This document shows, piece by piece, positions 24,047-34,406 of a stretch of 64,000 bases of DNA. Where the stretch lies: positions 512,001-576,000 of the forward strand of contig CAVSGM010000011.1 in the NCBI GenBank assembly GCA_963727485.1, read 5' to 3'. The stretch's first letter is position 1; each line of letters opens with the position of its first letter. The translations under genes and the position numbers were made by a program. The notes beneath the pieces are model-generated. The model saw only the letters and a list, made by a program, of their open reading frames with translations. It was not told where the DNA came from and ran no database searches. This stretch comes from an uncultured delta proteobacterium (lineage in GTDB: Bacteria > Myxococcota > Myxococcia > SLRQ01).

Positions 24047-24939
24047 GGCGCATCGGCTACTTCGTGGCGCGCGCCCTCAAGGGGATGCGCCAGGCTCTCT
24101 TCGTGAACGCGGTGGCGGTGGTCACCATCGCCATCGCCCTGCTGGTGGTCACCGTCTTCGTGGGGGTCGCCGGCCAGGTGCGATCGGTCCTCGAGGCCTG
24201 GGGCCGGGACGTCACCGTCACCGTCTACCTCTCCCACGACGTCACCGCGGCCCAGCGCCAGGCCGTGGCCGCGGCGGCGAAGGGCCTCGCCGGCAAGCAC
24301 GGCCAGGTGGCCCACGTCACCGCCGCGGCGGCCCTCGGGCGCCTGCGCCAGGCCCTGGGGCCCCAGGCGGACGTCCTCGACGGTCTCGCCCACAACCCGC
24401 TCCCCGAGAGCTACGAGATCACCGGCGCCGCGGACCTGGACCGGCCGAAGGTCCTCTCGGCCTTCGCCACCCGGGTGCGCCAGCTCCCCGGGGTCGACGA
24501 CGTGGACTACGGCCAGCAGTGGGTGGGCCGCCTGGAGCGCCTGGTCGATCTCTTCGGCCTGGTGGGCCTGGTCCTCGGGGGCCTCATCCTCCTGGCGGCG
24601 GCGGTGATGGTCTCCAACACCATCAAGCTGGCGGTCTTCTCGCGCCGCGACGAGATCGAGATCATGAAGCTCTGCGGCGCCACCGACGCCTTCGTCCGGG
24701 CGCCGTTCCTCATCGAGGGGCTGCTCCAGGGGGTGCTCGGGGCGCTCCTCGCCGCCGGCATCGCCGCCGGCCTCTGGGCGCTCGCCGTGCCCCGGATGGA
24801 GGCGGCGCTGATGACCGCGTTTGCGGTCCAGGTGCACCCGGTGCTCCCCTGGGCCGACGCCTTGTGGCTGGTCGCCGGGGGCGGCGTCCTCGGCCTCACC
24901 GGCTCCGGGCTCTCCCTGGGCCGCTTCCTCGACGTGTGA
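24043..24939 (+). CDS. ftsX: Cell division permease FtsX
   Basis: Four TM segments, NPLP, SNTIKL..RRDEIEIMKLCGAT..VRAPF.EG. Confidence 0.92.
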   Translation: MRRIGYFVARALKGMRQALFVNAVAVVTIAIALLVVTVFVGVAGQVRSVLEAWGRDVTVTVYLSHDVTAAQRQAVAAAAKGLAGKHGQVAHVTAAAALGRLRQALGPQADVLDGLAHNPLPESYEITGAADLDRPKVLSAFATRVRQLPGVDDVDYGQQWVGRLERLVDLFGLVGLVLGGLILLAAAVMVSNTIKLAVFSRRDEIEIMKLCGATDAFVRAPFLIEGLLQGVLGALLAAGIAAGLWALAVPRMEAALMTAFAVQVHPVLPWADALWLVAGGGVLGLTGSGLSLGRFLDV

Positions 24940-26036
24940 TGCTGCTGCGCCGCCTCGTCGCCTGCGCTGTGGCCCTCTGCCTCACCGCCCCGGTGGCGGC
25001 GGCCGGGGACCCGGCGCGGGTGAAGGCCGAGCGGGCGCGCCTCGAGGCCCTGGCGGCGAAGAAGGGCGACATCCTCGACGCCCTCGACCAGCTGCGCACC
25101 CAGGAGGACGTGGAGCAGGCCGCCTACCACGCCGCCGAGAAGCAGGTCGACGCCACCTCCGCCCGCCTCACCCAGGTGCGCCGGGACCTGGCCACCACCC
25201 GGGCCCGGCTCAAGGCGCGGCTGAAGGTCCTCGCCCCCCGGCTGGTGGCCCGATACAAGCTGGGGAAGGCCGGCTACCTGCCGCTCCTCTTCTCCGCCGG
25301 GGATCTCCACGAGCTCCTCCGGCGCAAACGCCTCCTCGACCGGGTCATCGACTCGGACCTGGCGGCGATGGCCGAGGTGCGGCGCCTGCGGGCGAAGCTC
25401 TCCGGGGACGCGGCGCGCCTCGAGACCGGCGAGAAGGCCCTCGAGAGCCTCCGGGCCTCGGCGGCGGCGCGCCTCGCCCGGGCCCGGGCCGCCCGCCAGG
25501 ACCGGGAGGCGGCGCTGGCGGCGGTGGAGCACGAGACGGCGCTGCGCCAGCGCACCCTCGCCGCCCTCGAGCGCGCCGCCCACCACCTGCAGAAGGTGGT
25601 CAAGGCCCTGCCGGCGAGCCAGGCCGGGGGCTTCGCCGCCAAGAAGGGCCACCTGCCCCTGCCCGCCGCCGGGGCCATCGAGGTGGGCTTCGGCACCCAG
25701 CACGACAGCCGCTACGACACGGTGGTGGTCCACAAGGGCGTGGACATCCGGGCCCCCAAGGGGGCCCCGGTGCGGGCGGTGGCCGGGGGACGGGTGGTCC
25801 ACGCCGGGTGGCTCCGGGGCTACGGGAACCTCATCATCGTGGACCACGGCGGCGGCTACTACACCCTCATGGCCCACCTCGACCGCATGGACGTGAAGAC
25901 CGGGCAGAAGGTCCACCGGGGCGAGACCCTGGGCCTGGTGGGGGACACGGGCTCGCTGAAGGGCGCCTACCTCTACTTCGAGATCCGAGACGGGGGCCGG
26001 GCGGTCGATCCGGCGCCCTGGTTCTCCCACCGGTAG
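24939..26036 (+). CDS. envC: EnvC-like murein hydrolase activator (coiled coil plus M23)
   Basis: Signal peptide, long coiled coil, HKGVD...GYGNLIIVDHG...LYFEIR with degenerate HxH. Confidence 0.85.
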   Translation: MLLRRLVACAVALCLTAPVAAAGDPARVKAERARLEALAAKKGDILDALDQLRTQEDVEQAAYHAAEKQVDATSARLTQVRRDLATTRARLKARLKVLAPRLVARYKLGKAGYLPLLFSAGDLHELLRRKRLLDRVIDSDLAAMAEVRRLRAKLSGDAARLETGEKALESLRASAAARLARARAARQDREAALAAVEHETALRQRTLAALERAAHHLQKVVKALPASQAGGFAAKKGHLPLPAAGAIEVGFGTQHDSRYDTVVVHKGVDIRAPKGAPVRAVAGGRVVHAGWLRGYGNLIIVDHGGGYYTLMAHLDRMDVKTGQKVHRGETLGLVGDTGSLKGAYLYFEIRDGGRAVDPAPWFSHR

Positions 26037-26120
26037 GCCCCCGGCCCGGGGGTCCCGCCCGTGCGCCGGAGGCGGGCCGGGTGCTACCATGCCCGGGCCC
26101 ATGACGAACGGAGAGTCCCC

Positions 26121-27422
26121 ATGAAGTCCCGCTCCCGCCGCCTCGCCGTCCTCGCGCTCGCCGCCTTCGCCGGGGGCTACCTCGCCCAGTCGACGGCCAG
26201 CGCCAAGGGCCGGAGCGCCACCTACGACAAGCTGACGATCTTCACCCGGGTGCTGGCCTACGTGGAGAACAACTACGTGGAGAAGGTCGACCCCAGCCGG
26301 CTCATCTACGGGGCCATCAAGGGGATGATGGCCACCCTCGATCCCCACAGCGCCTTCATGACGCCCAAGGAGTACGAGCAGATGAAGGTCGACACCGACG
26401 GGGAGTTCGGGGGCGTGGGCCTCGAGGTCACCCGCAACGGGCACCGGCTGATGGTGGTGGCGCCCATCGACGGGACCCCGGCGGCCCGGGCGGGGCTCAA
26501 GCCCGGCGACATCATCGTCTCCATCGACGGGGTCGACGCCCGGACGCTCGGCCTGCAGCAGGCGGTGGAGCGGCTCCGGGGCAAGCCCGGGAGCAAGGTC
26601 GTCCTCGCCATCCTCCGCGAGGGCTTCTCCGAGCCCCGGGACCTGACCCTGATCCGCCGACACATCGAGGTGGATCCGGTGACCGGGCGGCTGGTCGACG
26701 GCTTCGGCGTGGTCAAGATCAAGAGCTTCCAGGACCGCACCGACCACTACCTGCGCCGCACGCTCCACGACCTGCGGGAGCAGCGCAAGGGGCCGCTCAA
26801 GGGCATCGTCCTCGACCTGCGCAACAACCCCGGCGGGCTCCTCGACCAGGCGGTGGCCGTGGCCGACACCTTCCTCCCCGACGGGATCATCGTCACCACC
26901 CGGGGGCGCACCGCCCAGACCGAGGTCCAGCGCGCCCACCGCGCCGGCACCGAGCCCCTCTACCCCATGGTGGTGCTGGTCAACGGGGGCACCGCCTCGG
27001 CCTCGGAGATCGTCGCCGGCGCCTTGCAGGATCACCAGCGGGCGGTCATCATGGGCAGCCGCACCTTCGGGAAGGGATCGGTCCAGACGGTCATCGACCT
27101 CGCCGACGGCTCGGGCCTGAAGCTCACCATCGCCCGCTACTACACGCCCAGCGGCAGGTCGATCCAGGAGCTGGGCATCAGTCCGGACATCGTGGTCCCC
27201 GCCGCGAAGGTGACGCGGCTCCAGAACGACGTGACGCGGGAGAAGGATCTCGAGGGTCATCTCAAGCACCAGGGCAAGCTGCCCAAGGCGGTTCGGGACC
27301 AGGCCGACGCCATCACCGGCGACTACCAGCTCAAGGCGGCCCTCGACGCCCTGAAGAGCTGGCGCATCTTCCACGCCAGTGCCAGAACCGACACCACCGA
27401 GCGCCGGGCCTCGGCCCGCTGA
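26121..27422 (+). CDS. ctpA: S41 carboxyl-terminal processing protease
   Basis: LDPHS, PDZ domain, DLRNNPGG, ASASEIVAGAL, FGKGSVQ. Confidence 0.93.
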   Translation: MKSRSRRLAVLALAAFAGGYLAQSTASAKGRSATYDKLTIFTRVLAYVENNYVEKVDPSRLIYGAIKGMMATLDPHSAFMTPKEYEQMKVDTDGEFGGVGLEVTRNGHRLMVVAPIDGTPAARAGLKPGDIIVSIDGVDARTLGLQQAVERLRGKPGSKVVLAILREGFSEPRDLTLIRRHIEVDPVTGRLVDGFGVVKIKSFQDRTDHYLRRTLHDLREQRKGPLKGIVLDLRNNPGGLLDQAVAVADTFLPDGIIVTTRGRTAQTEVQRAHRAGTEPLYPMVVLVNGGTASASEIVAGALQDHQRAVIMGSRTFGKGSVQTVIDLADGSGLKLTIARYYTPSGRSIQELGISPDIVVPAAKVTRLQNDVTREKDLEGHLKHQGKLPKAVRDQADAITGDYQLKAALDALKSWRIFHASARTDTTERRASAR

Positions 27423-27468
27423 TCCGGCGGCGGGCCCGCCGGGCGGTGGCGACACGCGAGAGGGAACG

Positions 27469-28941
27469 ATGAATCACTGGGAAGGGCGACGGGGCGGCCT
27501 CGTGGTGGCCGTGATCGCGGCGGTGCTCGGCTTCGGGCCCGCGGCGCACGCTGCCGAGAAGGGGGCCGCGGTGGCGGTGGCGGCGAGCCCGGGGGTGGAG
27601 ACCCGGGCGAGCACCATCTCCTACGTGCTCCAGTCGGTGGTGCGCCAGAGCCCCCGCTTCGACCTCGTCGATCTCGCGGCGCGGGCGGAGGGGGCGGCGG
27701 CGAAGAAGCGCCAGGAGAAGGCCGAGGACGCCGCGGCGTCGTTCACCCAGGCCAAGAAGGCCTACGATCAGCTCGACCTGGCCGGCGCCCTCTCGGGCTT
27801 CGAGCAGGCGGTGAGCGACTACCAGGCGAGCGACCTCACCGTCCACATGCAGGACCTGCTCAAGGCCATGTCCATGCTCGCCGCCACCCGCTACTTCAAC
27901 GGCGACGTCGACGGGGCCCGCAAGGCCCTCGAGGGCCTGCTCTCCCTCAACCCCGACTTCCACTTCGACCCGGCGACCTTCAGCCCGCCCCTCCAGAAGA
28001 TGGCCAAGGACGTGGCCCGGCGGCTCAAGCCCCAGCGCCAGGAGCCCCTGGAGGTCCACAGCCAGCCGGTGTCGGCGCGGATCTACGTCGACGGGCGCTT
28101 CGCGGGCATGGCCCCGCAGGTCCTCAAGGACCTCGCCCCCGGCGAGCACTACGTGAGCGCGGTGGCGCCGGGCTACGCGTTCGTCCAGCGCCAGGTGAAG
28201 GCCGAGCCCGGGGCCCTCGACAAGATCGCCCTGAAGCCCGCCGACGACGGGGGGCCGCTCCTCCGCGATCTGGGCGCCCTCAAGGCGGCGTTCCGCAGCG
28301 GCGACGTGGCTCCGGCCGCCAGGCAGCTCGCCGGGTGGGCGGGCGTCGACGAGATCCTCGTCGCCGCGGTGAGCCGCGCCGGGACCGGGAACCTCGAGGT
28401 CAGCGCCGCCCGGGTCGCCCGGGACGGCCACGTCCTCGCCGTGGGCAAGACCACCCTCCAGCTCGCCGATCCCAAGGCCATGGGCACGCTGGCCCAGTGG
28501 GCCATGGCCCTCTACCGGAAGGACCTGCCGCGCGGCCCCGGCGGCGCCCCGGTGGACACCCGGGTCTCGACCCCGGCGAAGCCCATGGGCCCGCTCTGGG
28601 GCTACGTCAGCGGCGGCACGGGGGTGGCGTTCCTCGCCGCGGGGACCGTCTTCGCCATCCAGGCCAAGGGCAGCGCCGACAAGGCCAAGAAGATCCCCCA
28701 GGTGAACCAGGCCGACATCAAGACCACCGTCGGCGCGGCCCGGACCCAGGCGCTCCTCGCCGACACCTTCCTGGGCCTCGGGGCCGTGGGGGTGGGCGTG
28801 GGCATCTACCTCATCCTCCCCAAGGGCGGCAGCGGCGGCACCGACCAGGGCAGCTCCGACGACGGTGGCGACGACTTCTTCTCCCTGGCACCGATCCCCC
28901 TCCCCGGAGGCGCGGCGGTCATGGCCACCGGGAGGTTCTAG
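27469..28941 (+). CDS. PEGA domain/TPR-like exported protein
   Basis: Signal peptide (AHA), helical region, PEGA (VHSQPVSARIYVDG..APGEH..APGY), two Gly-rich hydrophobic helices, C-terminal ...ATGRF. Confidence 0.8.
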   Translation: MNHWEGRRGGLVVAVIAAVLGFGPAAHAAEKGAAVAVAASPGVETRASTISYVLQSVVRQSPRFDLVDLAARAEGAAAKKRQEKAEDAAASFTQAKKAYDQLDLAGALSGFEQAVSDYQASDLTVHMQDLLKAMSMLAATRYFNGDVDGARKALEGLLSLNPDFHFDPATFSPPLQKMAKDVARRLKPQRQEPLEVHSQPVSARIYVDGRFAGMAPQVLKDLAPGEHYVSAVAPGYAFVQRQVKAEPGALDKIALKPADDGGPLLRDLGALKAAFRSGDVAPAARQLAGWAGVDEILVAAVSRAGTGNLEVSAARVARDGHVLAVGKTTLQLADPKAMGTLAQWAMALYRKDLPRGPGGAPVDTRVSTPAKPMGPLWGYVSGGTGVAFLAAGTVFAIQAKGSADKAKKIPQVNQADIKTTVGAARTQALLADTFLGLGAVGVGVGIYLILPKGGSGGTDQGSSDDGGDDFFSLAPIPLPGGAAVMATGRF

Positions 28942-30082
28942 GTGGCGGCCGGGGGCCGAGCGGGAGGGGGACGCCTCCGGGTGTTCCTGGGGGTCACCGC
29001 GGTGCTGGTGGCGACCCTCGGGGGCTGCTCGCTGCTCCTGGATCTCGACCCGATGAACGGGCACCCCTGCGACGACGCCGGGACCTGCCTGCCCGGGTGG
29101 ACCTGCAACGGCCACGACGTCTGCGTCCCCGCCCCCGGGGTCAGCGCCGACGCGGGGGCCTGCCCCACTGGCCAGGTCCGCGATCCCGACGCAGGCACCT
29201 GCGGGTTCGACTGCGGGAGCCTGGCGTGCCCGGCCGGGGACACCTGCGACCCGCTCCAGGGGTGCATCACCGCCACCAGCGGCCTGGGCACGGTCTGCAC
29301 CTCCGACAGCCAGTGCGCCTCCGCCAGCCCGGCCTGCACCGCCGGCACCGCAAGCTGCCGCTGCCTCGCCGCCAGCACCCAGACCGCCATCTGCGTGGCG
29401 GTGCCCAACGATCCCACCGACTGCACCCCCTGCGCCGGCGCCGCCTGCGTGAAGCCCAGGCTGCCGCCGACCGGGACCGCGGGCGGCGCCCCGGTGCCCC
29501 AGGCGATTCTGCGTGCCCCCGGGCTTCCAGCTCTGCGCCGGTGCCGGCGACTGCGTGAACGGCGTCCAGCCGGTCACCTGCGGCCTGGCGTTCTTCTTCG
29601 ACACCAGCGGCAGCACGCCGCCGCCGGCCGGCCACTTCGCCGCGTGCACCGCCCCGGTGTCGGCGAGCGGGGTGGTCCTGGGCCAGCCGTGCCAGGGGGC
29701 CGGCGACTGCGCCACCGGGCTCTGCCTCCCGGCGGGTCAGGGCCAGCGGCGCTGCAGCGCCCCCTGCGGCGCCGATGGCGACTGCGACACGGGCATGGCC
29801 ACCTGCGTGCGGGCCTGGGTGAAGCTGACCGATCCCCACGGCGGCGTGGTGAGCGCCACCGACCCGGTCTGCGGGGTCGGGGGGACCCTCGGCACCGCCT
29901 GCGATCCCACCGCCCAGGCGAACACCTGGCCCTGCGCCACCGACGCCCCCCTCTGCGTCACCGACACGCGCACCTCGGCGGCGGTGTGCACCCGCAGCTG
30001 CGCCGCCGACACCGACTGCTCCTCGAGCACCGCCTGTGTGGCCCCGGCGAACGGCTCGGCCCTGGCGTGTCTCTCGCCCTGA
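28942..30082 (+). CDS. Cys-rich lipoprotein (frameshift at ~29507)
   Basis: Lipobox TLGG-C and many Cys units. The two ORFs join as ...QAICVPPG after removing one T. Confidence 0.75.
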
Positions 30083-30235
30083 CGCAGCGCGGCTGTCGTT
30101 TTTCGTTGACCAGCGGGGCGGGTTCTGGAACCCTCCCGTCGCCTGCCGATAGGCGGCAGGTGCTGTTCGCAGAAGCCACCCGGTCCGGGGTTCTCCGACG
30201 GGTGGCGATCGCTAGATAGTCAAAGGAGTAGTTGT

Positions 30236-30445
30236 ATGGCGACGGGTAAGGTGAAGTGGTTCAACGACGCCAAGGGGTTCGGCTTCATTCAGCCTGATGA
30301 TGGGGGGGAAGACATCTTTGTCCACTTCTCCGTGATCGACATGGATGGGTTCAAGAGCCTGTCCGAGGGCCAGGAGGTCCAGTTCGAGGTGACCCGCGGT
30401 CCCAAGGGTCTCCAGGCTGCCTCCGTGACCCGCGTGGGCGGGTAG
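30236..30445 (+). CDS. csp: Cold-shock protein
   Basis: GKVKWFN, KGFGFI, IFVHFS. AAGGAG RBS and long structured 5' UTR. Confidence 0.97.
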   Translation: MATGKVKWFNDAKGFGFIQPDDGGEDIFVHFSVIDMDGFKSLSEGQEVQFEVTRGPKGLQAASVTRVGG

Positions 30446-30474
30446 CGCGACCGTACAGGTCTGCGCACCATGAG

Positions 30475-30508
30475 AGGGCGCGTTCCCCAGGTGGGAGCGC
30501 GCCCTTTG
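30475..30508 (+). terminator. Hairpin terminator after csp
   Basis: AGGGCGCGTTCCC-CAGGT-GGGAGCGCGCCCT followed by TT. Confidence 0.55.
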
Positions 30509-30664
30509 CATTCCGTCCGGCGGCTCGGGCCCGTCTCGACCGCCCGCGGCCGGGCGCCCGATTGACCCCTTGGTGGCCCCAGGGCTAGCCTGGATGACGC
30601 TCGGGCCCGATCCGGCGGTACACGCTGGCGGGCCCGCGTGTCCGTCGGCCCCCGGAGGTCCCCC

Positions 30665-33130
30665 ATGCGTCGCATCGTCACTCTCGCCTGGATACTGGCC
30701 GCCGCGCCCCTCGCCCTGGGGGGCTGCCACGTCGAGCCGAGCTACGGTGGCAAGCAGGTCACCTGCACCACCGACGCCGACTGCCACAGCCAGCTCGGCG
30801 CCGACTACGCCTGCCAGCCGGCGGGCTACTGCGCCAAGGTGGGCACCTCCGACGGCGGGGCCGGCGACGGCGGAGTGGGCGACGGGGGCGTGGGCGACGG
30901 CGGCACCGGCGACGGCGGCAGCCCCAGCTGCAGCCCCGCCTGCCAGAGCGGCGAGCAGTGCACCGACAGCGGCTGCGTCCCCGCCGCCGACCTGAAGGTC
31001 ACCGTCACCACCCCCGCCGACGGCGACGTGGTGGGCAACCTGGTGGAGGTCCACAGCCAGGTGACCGGGGCGGTGGGCACACCCACGGTGACCTGCGCCG
31101 CCGGCAGCGACACCCCGGTGGCCGCCACCGACCAGGGCGGCGACTGGGTGTGCAGCCTGAACCTCCACACCCTCGGCGAGGGGGCGCAGGTGACCCTCAC
31201 GGTGAGCGCCACCGACGCCGACAGCCGCTCGGCCACGGACACCGTCCAGGTGGTCCACGACAGCATGCCGCCCACCGTGACCATCACCGCGCCCACGAGC
31301 CCCGATGGCTTCTTCGTCCCGGCGCCCGGGGACCTCGTGGTGGCCGCGACGGCGAGCGACGCCACCCTCACCGATCTCCGCCTCACCTACGTCGACCCCA
31401 ACCAGCAGAGCCACCAGGTGAAGGACTGCCCGGCCTCGACGACCCAGGCCAGCTGCAGTGGCTCCATCTCCCTGCCCCTGGGGTCGGCGGCCGGGGACTA
31501 CACGTTCCAGGCGACGGCGACCGACGCGGCCGGGCACACCAAGCGGGCCATCCGCACCTTCAAGATCGACGGGACCCCGCCCACGGTGGCCATCGCGGCC
31601 CTGCCCACCCACGCCGTGCCCCGGAACCAGGACATCCCCATCACCGTCAACGCCACCGACGCCGAGACCTCGGTGGCCACGGTGACCCTCACCCTGGTGG
31701 GCGCCGCCGCCGGGGGCGCGGACCTCGATGTCCCCGGGGTGGCCTCGGGGAGCGCGGGTCAGACCACCTTCACCGTCACCAAGCGCAACGGCAGCGCCAC
31801 CCCGGTCCTCGACGCGGTTCAGAAGACCTGGTCGGTGCAGGTGGTGGCCACCGACGCCTGGGGCAACCAGGCCAAGACCGGTGGCAACCTCACCATCACC
31901 CGGGTGGCCTGGCAGGCCGACCTCAACGCCGGTGGCAGCACCGCCGGCTCGGCCCTCTCACCGGCGGTCGCTGCCGACGGCACCATCTACGTGGTGCGCC
32001 AGGATGGCACCGGCAAGGACACGGTCTTCGGCATCCCCAGCGGCAGCGGCCAGGCCACCAAGGTGGGCACGACCGCCAGGTCGGTCCTCGCCGGGCCGAT
32101 GCTCGTGGAGGACAACGCCGGGGTGTCCCAGCTCATCTTCCTGGAGACCCAGTCGGTCACCTCCACCAACTTCACCCTCGAGAGCCTGGACCCGACGGGC
32201 ACCCAGCTGTGGACCTATGGCGGCGGGAACGTCCTGGGGCAGAGCTACCCCCTGGGCCTGCCGGCGTTGGGATCCAAGGGCCAGCTCTACGTGCCCGTGC
32301 GGGTGATGCCCACGGTGGGCAACCCCTCGAGCTGCATCTACCAGGTGGGCCCCGACGGCACCAACACCGACCACGCCTGCCTCTCCAACCAGTCCTGGGA
32401 TCGGACCCGGATTGCCGCCCTCCGACAGGCGAGCGGCGACGAAGCGGTGGCGGTGAACGACAAGGGCGCCACCCTGGTGATCGACTGCGCCGGGACCTGC
32501 AGCCAGGTCAGCAGCGGCTCCCCCATCGGGGCGCCGGTGGGCGGGCCGATGCTCAGCTCGGACCACTACTTCCTCACCGGGGCCAACCCGTCCGGGGGCG
32601 CCGCCGGGTCGGTCTGCGAGGCCTTCCCCTTCGGCGCCAACCTCGCCACCGACAACCCGGACTGGTCGGTGAACCCGGTGGGGCCGAGCACCGGGCCCCT
32701 CCGGGATGTCAACCGGATCACCGGCGGGCTGGTGGGCAACCTCTGGGAGGCCCGGGGTCCGACGAGCCCGGCGACGCTGCCAGGCTACAGCACGGTGGCC
32801 CTGCCCACGGGTGCGCCGGCGGTGAGCCTCTCCCTGGGCACCGACGGACGGCGCTACGCCCTGGTCAGCAACGGCGGCAGCGCCTACGTGGTCGCCTACG
32901 CCGGGCCGCCGGGCAACCAGCAGCTCTGGCGCTACCCCGGGCCGAGCGCGAGCAGCACCCTGCCGCCGCCGATCTCCGATACCACCGCCGTCCTGAGCCC
33001 CCAGGGGTTGCTCATCGTCCCGGACAGCAAGGGCGGGGTCACGGCGCTCATCACCGACAGCCTCCACCCGGCGGTGGGCTGGGCCAACGACCGGGCCGAC
33101 GCCGCCCGGACCGCCGCCATCGCCCGCTGA
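30665..33130 (+). CDS. Large lipoprotein with Cys-rich N-terminus, Ig-like repeats and beta-propeller-like C-terminus
   Basis: Lipobox LALGG-C, GDGG repeats, 'D.tPPTV.I'/'ATDA.G' Ig-like motifs, 'PAVAADGTIYV' propeller-like motifs. GGAGG RBS. Confidence 0.8.
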   Translation: MRRIVTLAWILAAAPLALGGCHVEPSYGGKQVTCTTDADCHSQLGADYACQPAGYCAKVGTSDGGAGDGGVGDGGVGDGGTGDGGSPSCSPACQSGEQCTDSGCVPAADLKVTVTTPADGDVVGNLVEVHSQVTGAVGTPTVTCAAGSDTPVAATDQGGDWVCSLNLHTLGEGAQVTLTVSATDADSRSATDTVQVVHDSMPPTVTITAPTSPDGFFVPAPGDLVVAATASDATLTDLRLTYVDPNQQSHQVKDCPASTTQASCSGSISLPLGSAAGDYTFQATATDAAGHTKRAIRTFKIDGTPPTVAIAALPTHAVPRNQDIPITVNATDAETSVATVTLTLVGAAAGGADLDVPGVASGSAGQTTFTVTKRNGSATPVLDAVQKTWSVQVVATDAWGNQAKTGGNLTITRVAWQADLNAGGSTAGSALSPAVAADGTIYVVRQDGTGKDTVFGIPSGSGQATKVGTTARSVLAGPMLVEDNAGVSQLIFLETQSVTSTNFTLESLDPTGTQLWTYGGGNVLGQSYPLGLPALGSKGQLYVPVRVMPTVGNPSSCIYQVGPDGTNTDHACLSNQSWDRTRIAALRQASGDEAVAVNDKGATLVIDCAGTCSQVSSGSPIGAPVGGPMLSSDHYFLTGANPSGGAAGSVCEAFPFGANLATDNPDWSVNPVGPSTGPLRDVNRITGGLVGNLWEARGPTSPATLPGYSTVALPTGAPAVSLSLGTDGRRYALVSNGGSAYVVAYAGPPGNQQLWRYPGPSASSTLPPPISDTTAVLSPQGLLIVPDSKGGVTALITDSLHPAVGWANDRADAARTAAIAR

Positions 33131-33163
33131 CCGGCGCCGGATCGCCCGTCCGCTGCCCGGGGG

Positions 33164-34315
33164 CTACCGGCCGAGGCGCGCGGCCAGCCGCCGCACCCCC
33201 TCGGCGAAGACCGCGGGCTGGGGGAGGCGCGAGAGGACCAGGTGGGTTCCCGGGAGGTCGTAGAGGTGGCCCGGGTGGACCACCACCCCATCGGCGAGGA
33301 GGGCCTCGGCCCAGGCCTCGTCGCTGCGGGTCGCCGGGACCCGGAGCACGGCGTACCAGCCGTCGGCGCCCGTGACCCGGTCCCAGGGGGCGCCTTCGGG
33401 GCGGGCGGCGTCGAGGGCGGCGAGGTTTTCCGCGAGGCGGGCGCGGATGGCGTCCTGGACCGCGGCGCGGCCGCCGAGGAGCGCGGGGAGGGCCACCTGG
33501 ACCGGGGTGTTCACCGAGAGGAAGGTGTCGGCGACGAGCTCCAGGCGGTCGGCGGCGGCCTCGGCGTCGGGGCCGCTGGCGACGATCCAGGCGCACTTGA
33601 GGCCCGGGAGGGCGCAGACCTTGGAGAGCCCCGAGAGGACGAAGGTCAGGCACCCGGCCTCCCCGGCGACGGTGCGGGGGCCGGCGGCGTAGTCGAGGAA
33701 GACCTCGTCGACGATGAGCGCCGCGCCCTTCTCGGCGCAGAGGGCGACCAGGCGCGCCCGGGTGGCGGCGTCGAGGGTGGCGCCCACGGGGTTCGAGGGG
33801 TGGACCACCAGCACCGCCCGGGCGCCGGCGTCGAGGGCCCGGGCGACGCCGTCGAGGTCGAGGTGCCAGGCGCCGTCGTAGAGGAGCTCGTAGGGGAGGG
33901 TGCGCGCGCCCTCGAGGCCGGTGAGGAACTCGAAGAGGGGGTAGCTCGGCCGGGGGACGGCGACCGGCTCCCCGGGCTCGCAGAGGACCTTGAACAGCCA
34001 GGTGTAGGCCTCGCTGGTGGAGGCGGTGAGGAGCACCCGGCTCCCGTCGAGGTCGGCGCCGTGGTCCGTGTAGTACCGGCGCACGGCGGCGACGGCGGCC
34101 GGGAGGCCCACCGGCGTCGGGTCGTAGACCACGCCCGCCGGGTCGGCGAGGGCCGCGGTCACCGCCGCCGGGTCCGGGGCGAGGCCGGCGCGGGCGGGGT
34201 TCGACACCGTGAGGTCGAGCAGCGGGCCCCCGGCGCGGCGGGCGGCGTCGACCTTCAGGGCGAAGGGCGTGGGCTCGAGGGACCAGGGGACCCGGGTGGG
34301 GACGCGCAGCGCCAT
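33164..34315 (-). CDS. PLP-dependent aminotransferase class I/II
   Basis: PSYP, HPSNPVG, IVDEVF, SGLSK PLP-lysine. Confidence 0.9.
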   Translation of the reverse strand: MALRVPTRVPWSLEPTPFALKVDAARRAGGPLLDLTVSNPARAGLAPDPAAVTAALADPAGVVYDPTPVGLPAAVAAVRRYYTDHGADLDGSRVLLTASTSEAYTWLFKVLCEPGEPVAVPRPSYPLFEFLTGLEGARTLPYELLYDGAWHLDLDGVARALDAGARAVLVVHPSNPVGATLDAATRARLVALCAEKGAALIVDEVFLDYAAGPRTVAGEAGCLTFVLSGLSKVCALPGLKCAWIVASGPDAEAAADRLELVADTFLSVNTPVQVALPALLGGRAAVQDAIRARLAENLAALDAARPEGAPWDRVTGADGWYAVLRVPATRSDEAWAEALLADGVVVHPGHLYDLPGTHLVLSRLPQPAVFAEGVRRLAARLGR

Positions 34316-34406
34316 GGCCGCCGGTTTGGCACGGGAGGCCGGGGCGTCGCAAGGGGGCGGGGCCGGCTGCCGTGCCCGGCGGGGGCGACTGGGCTAGGCT
34401 TGCCCC

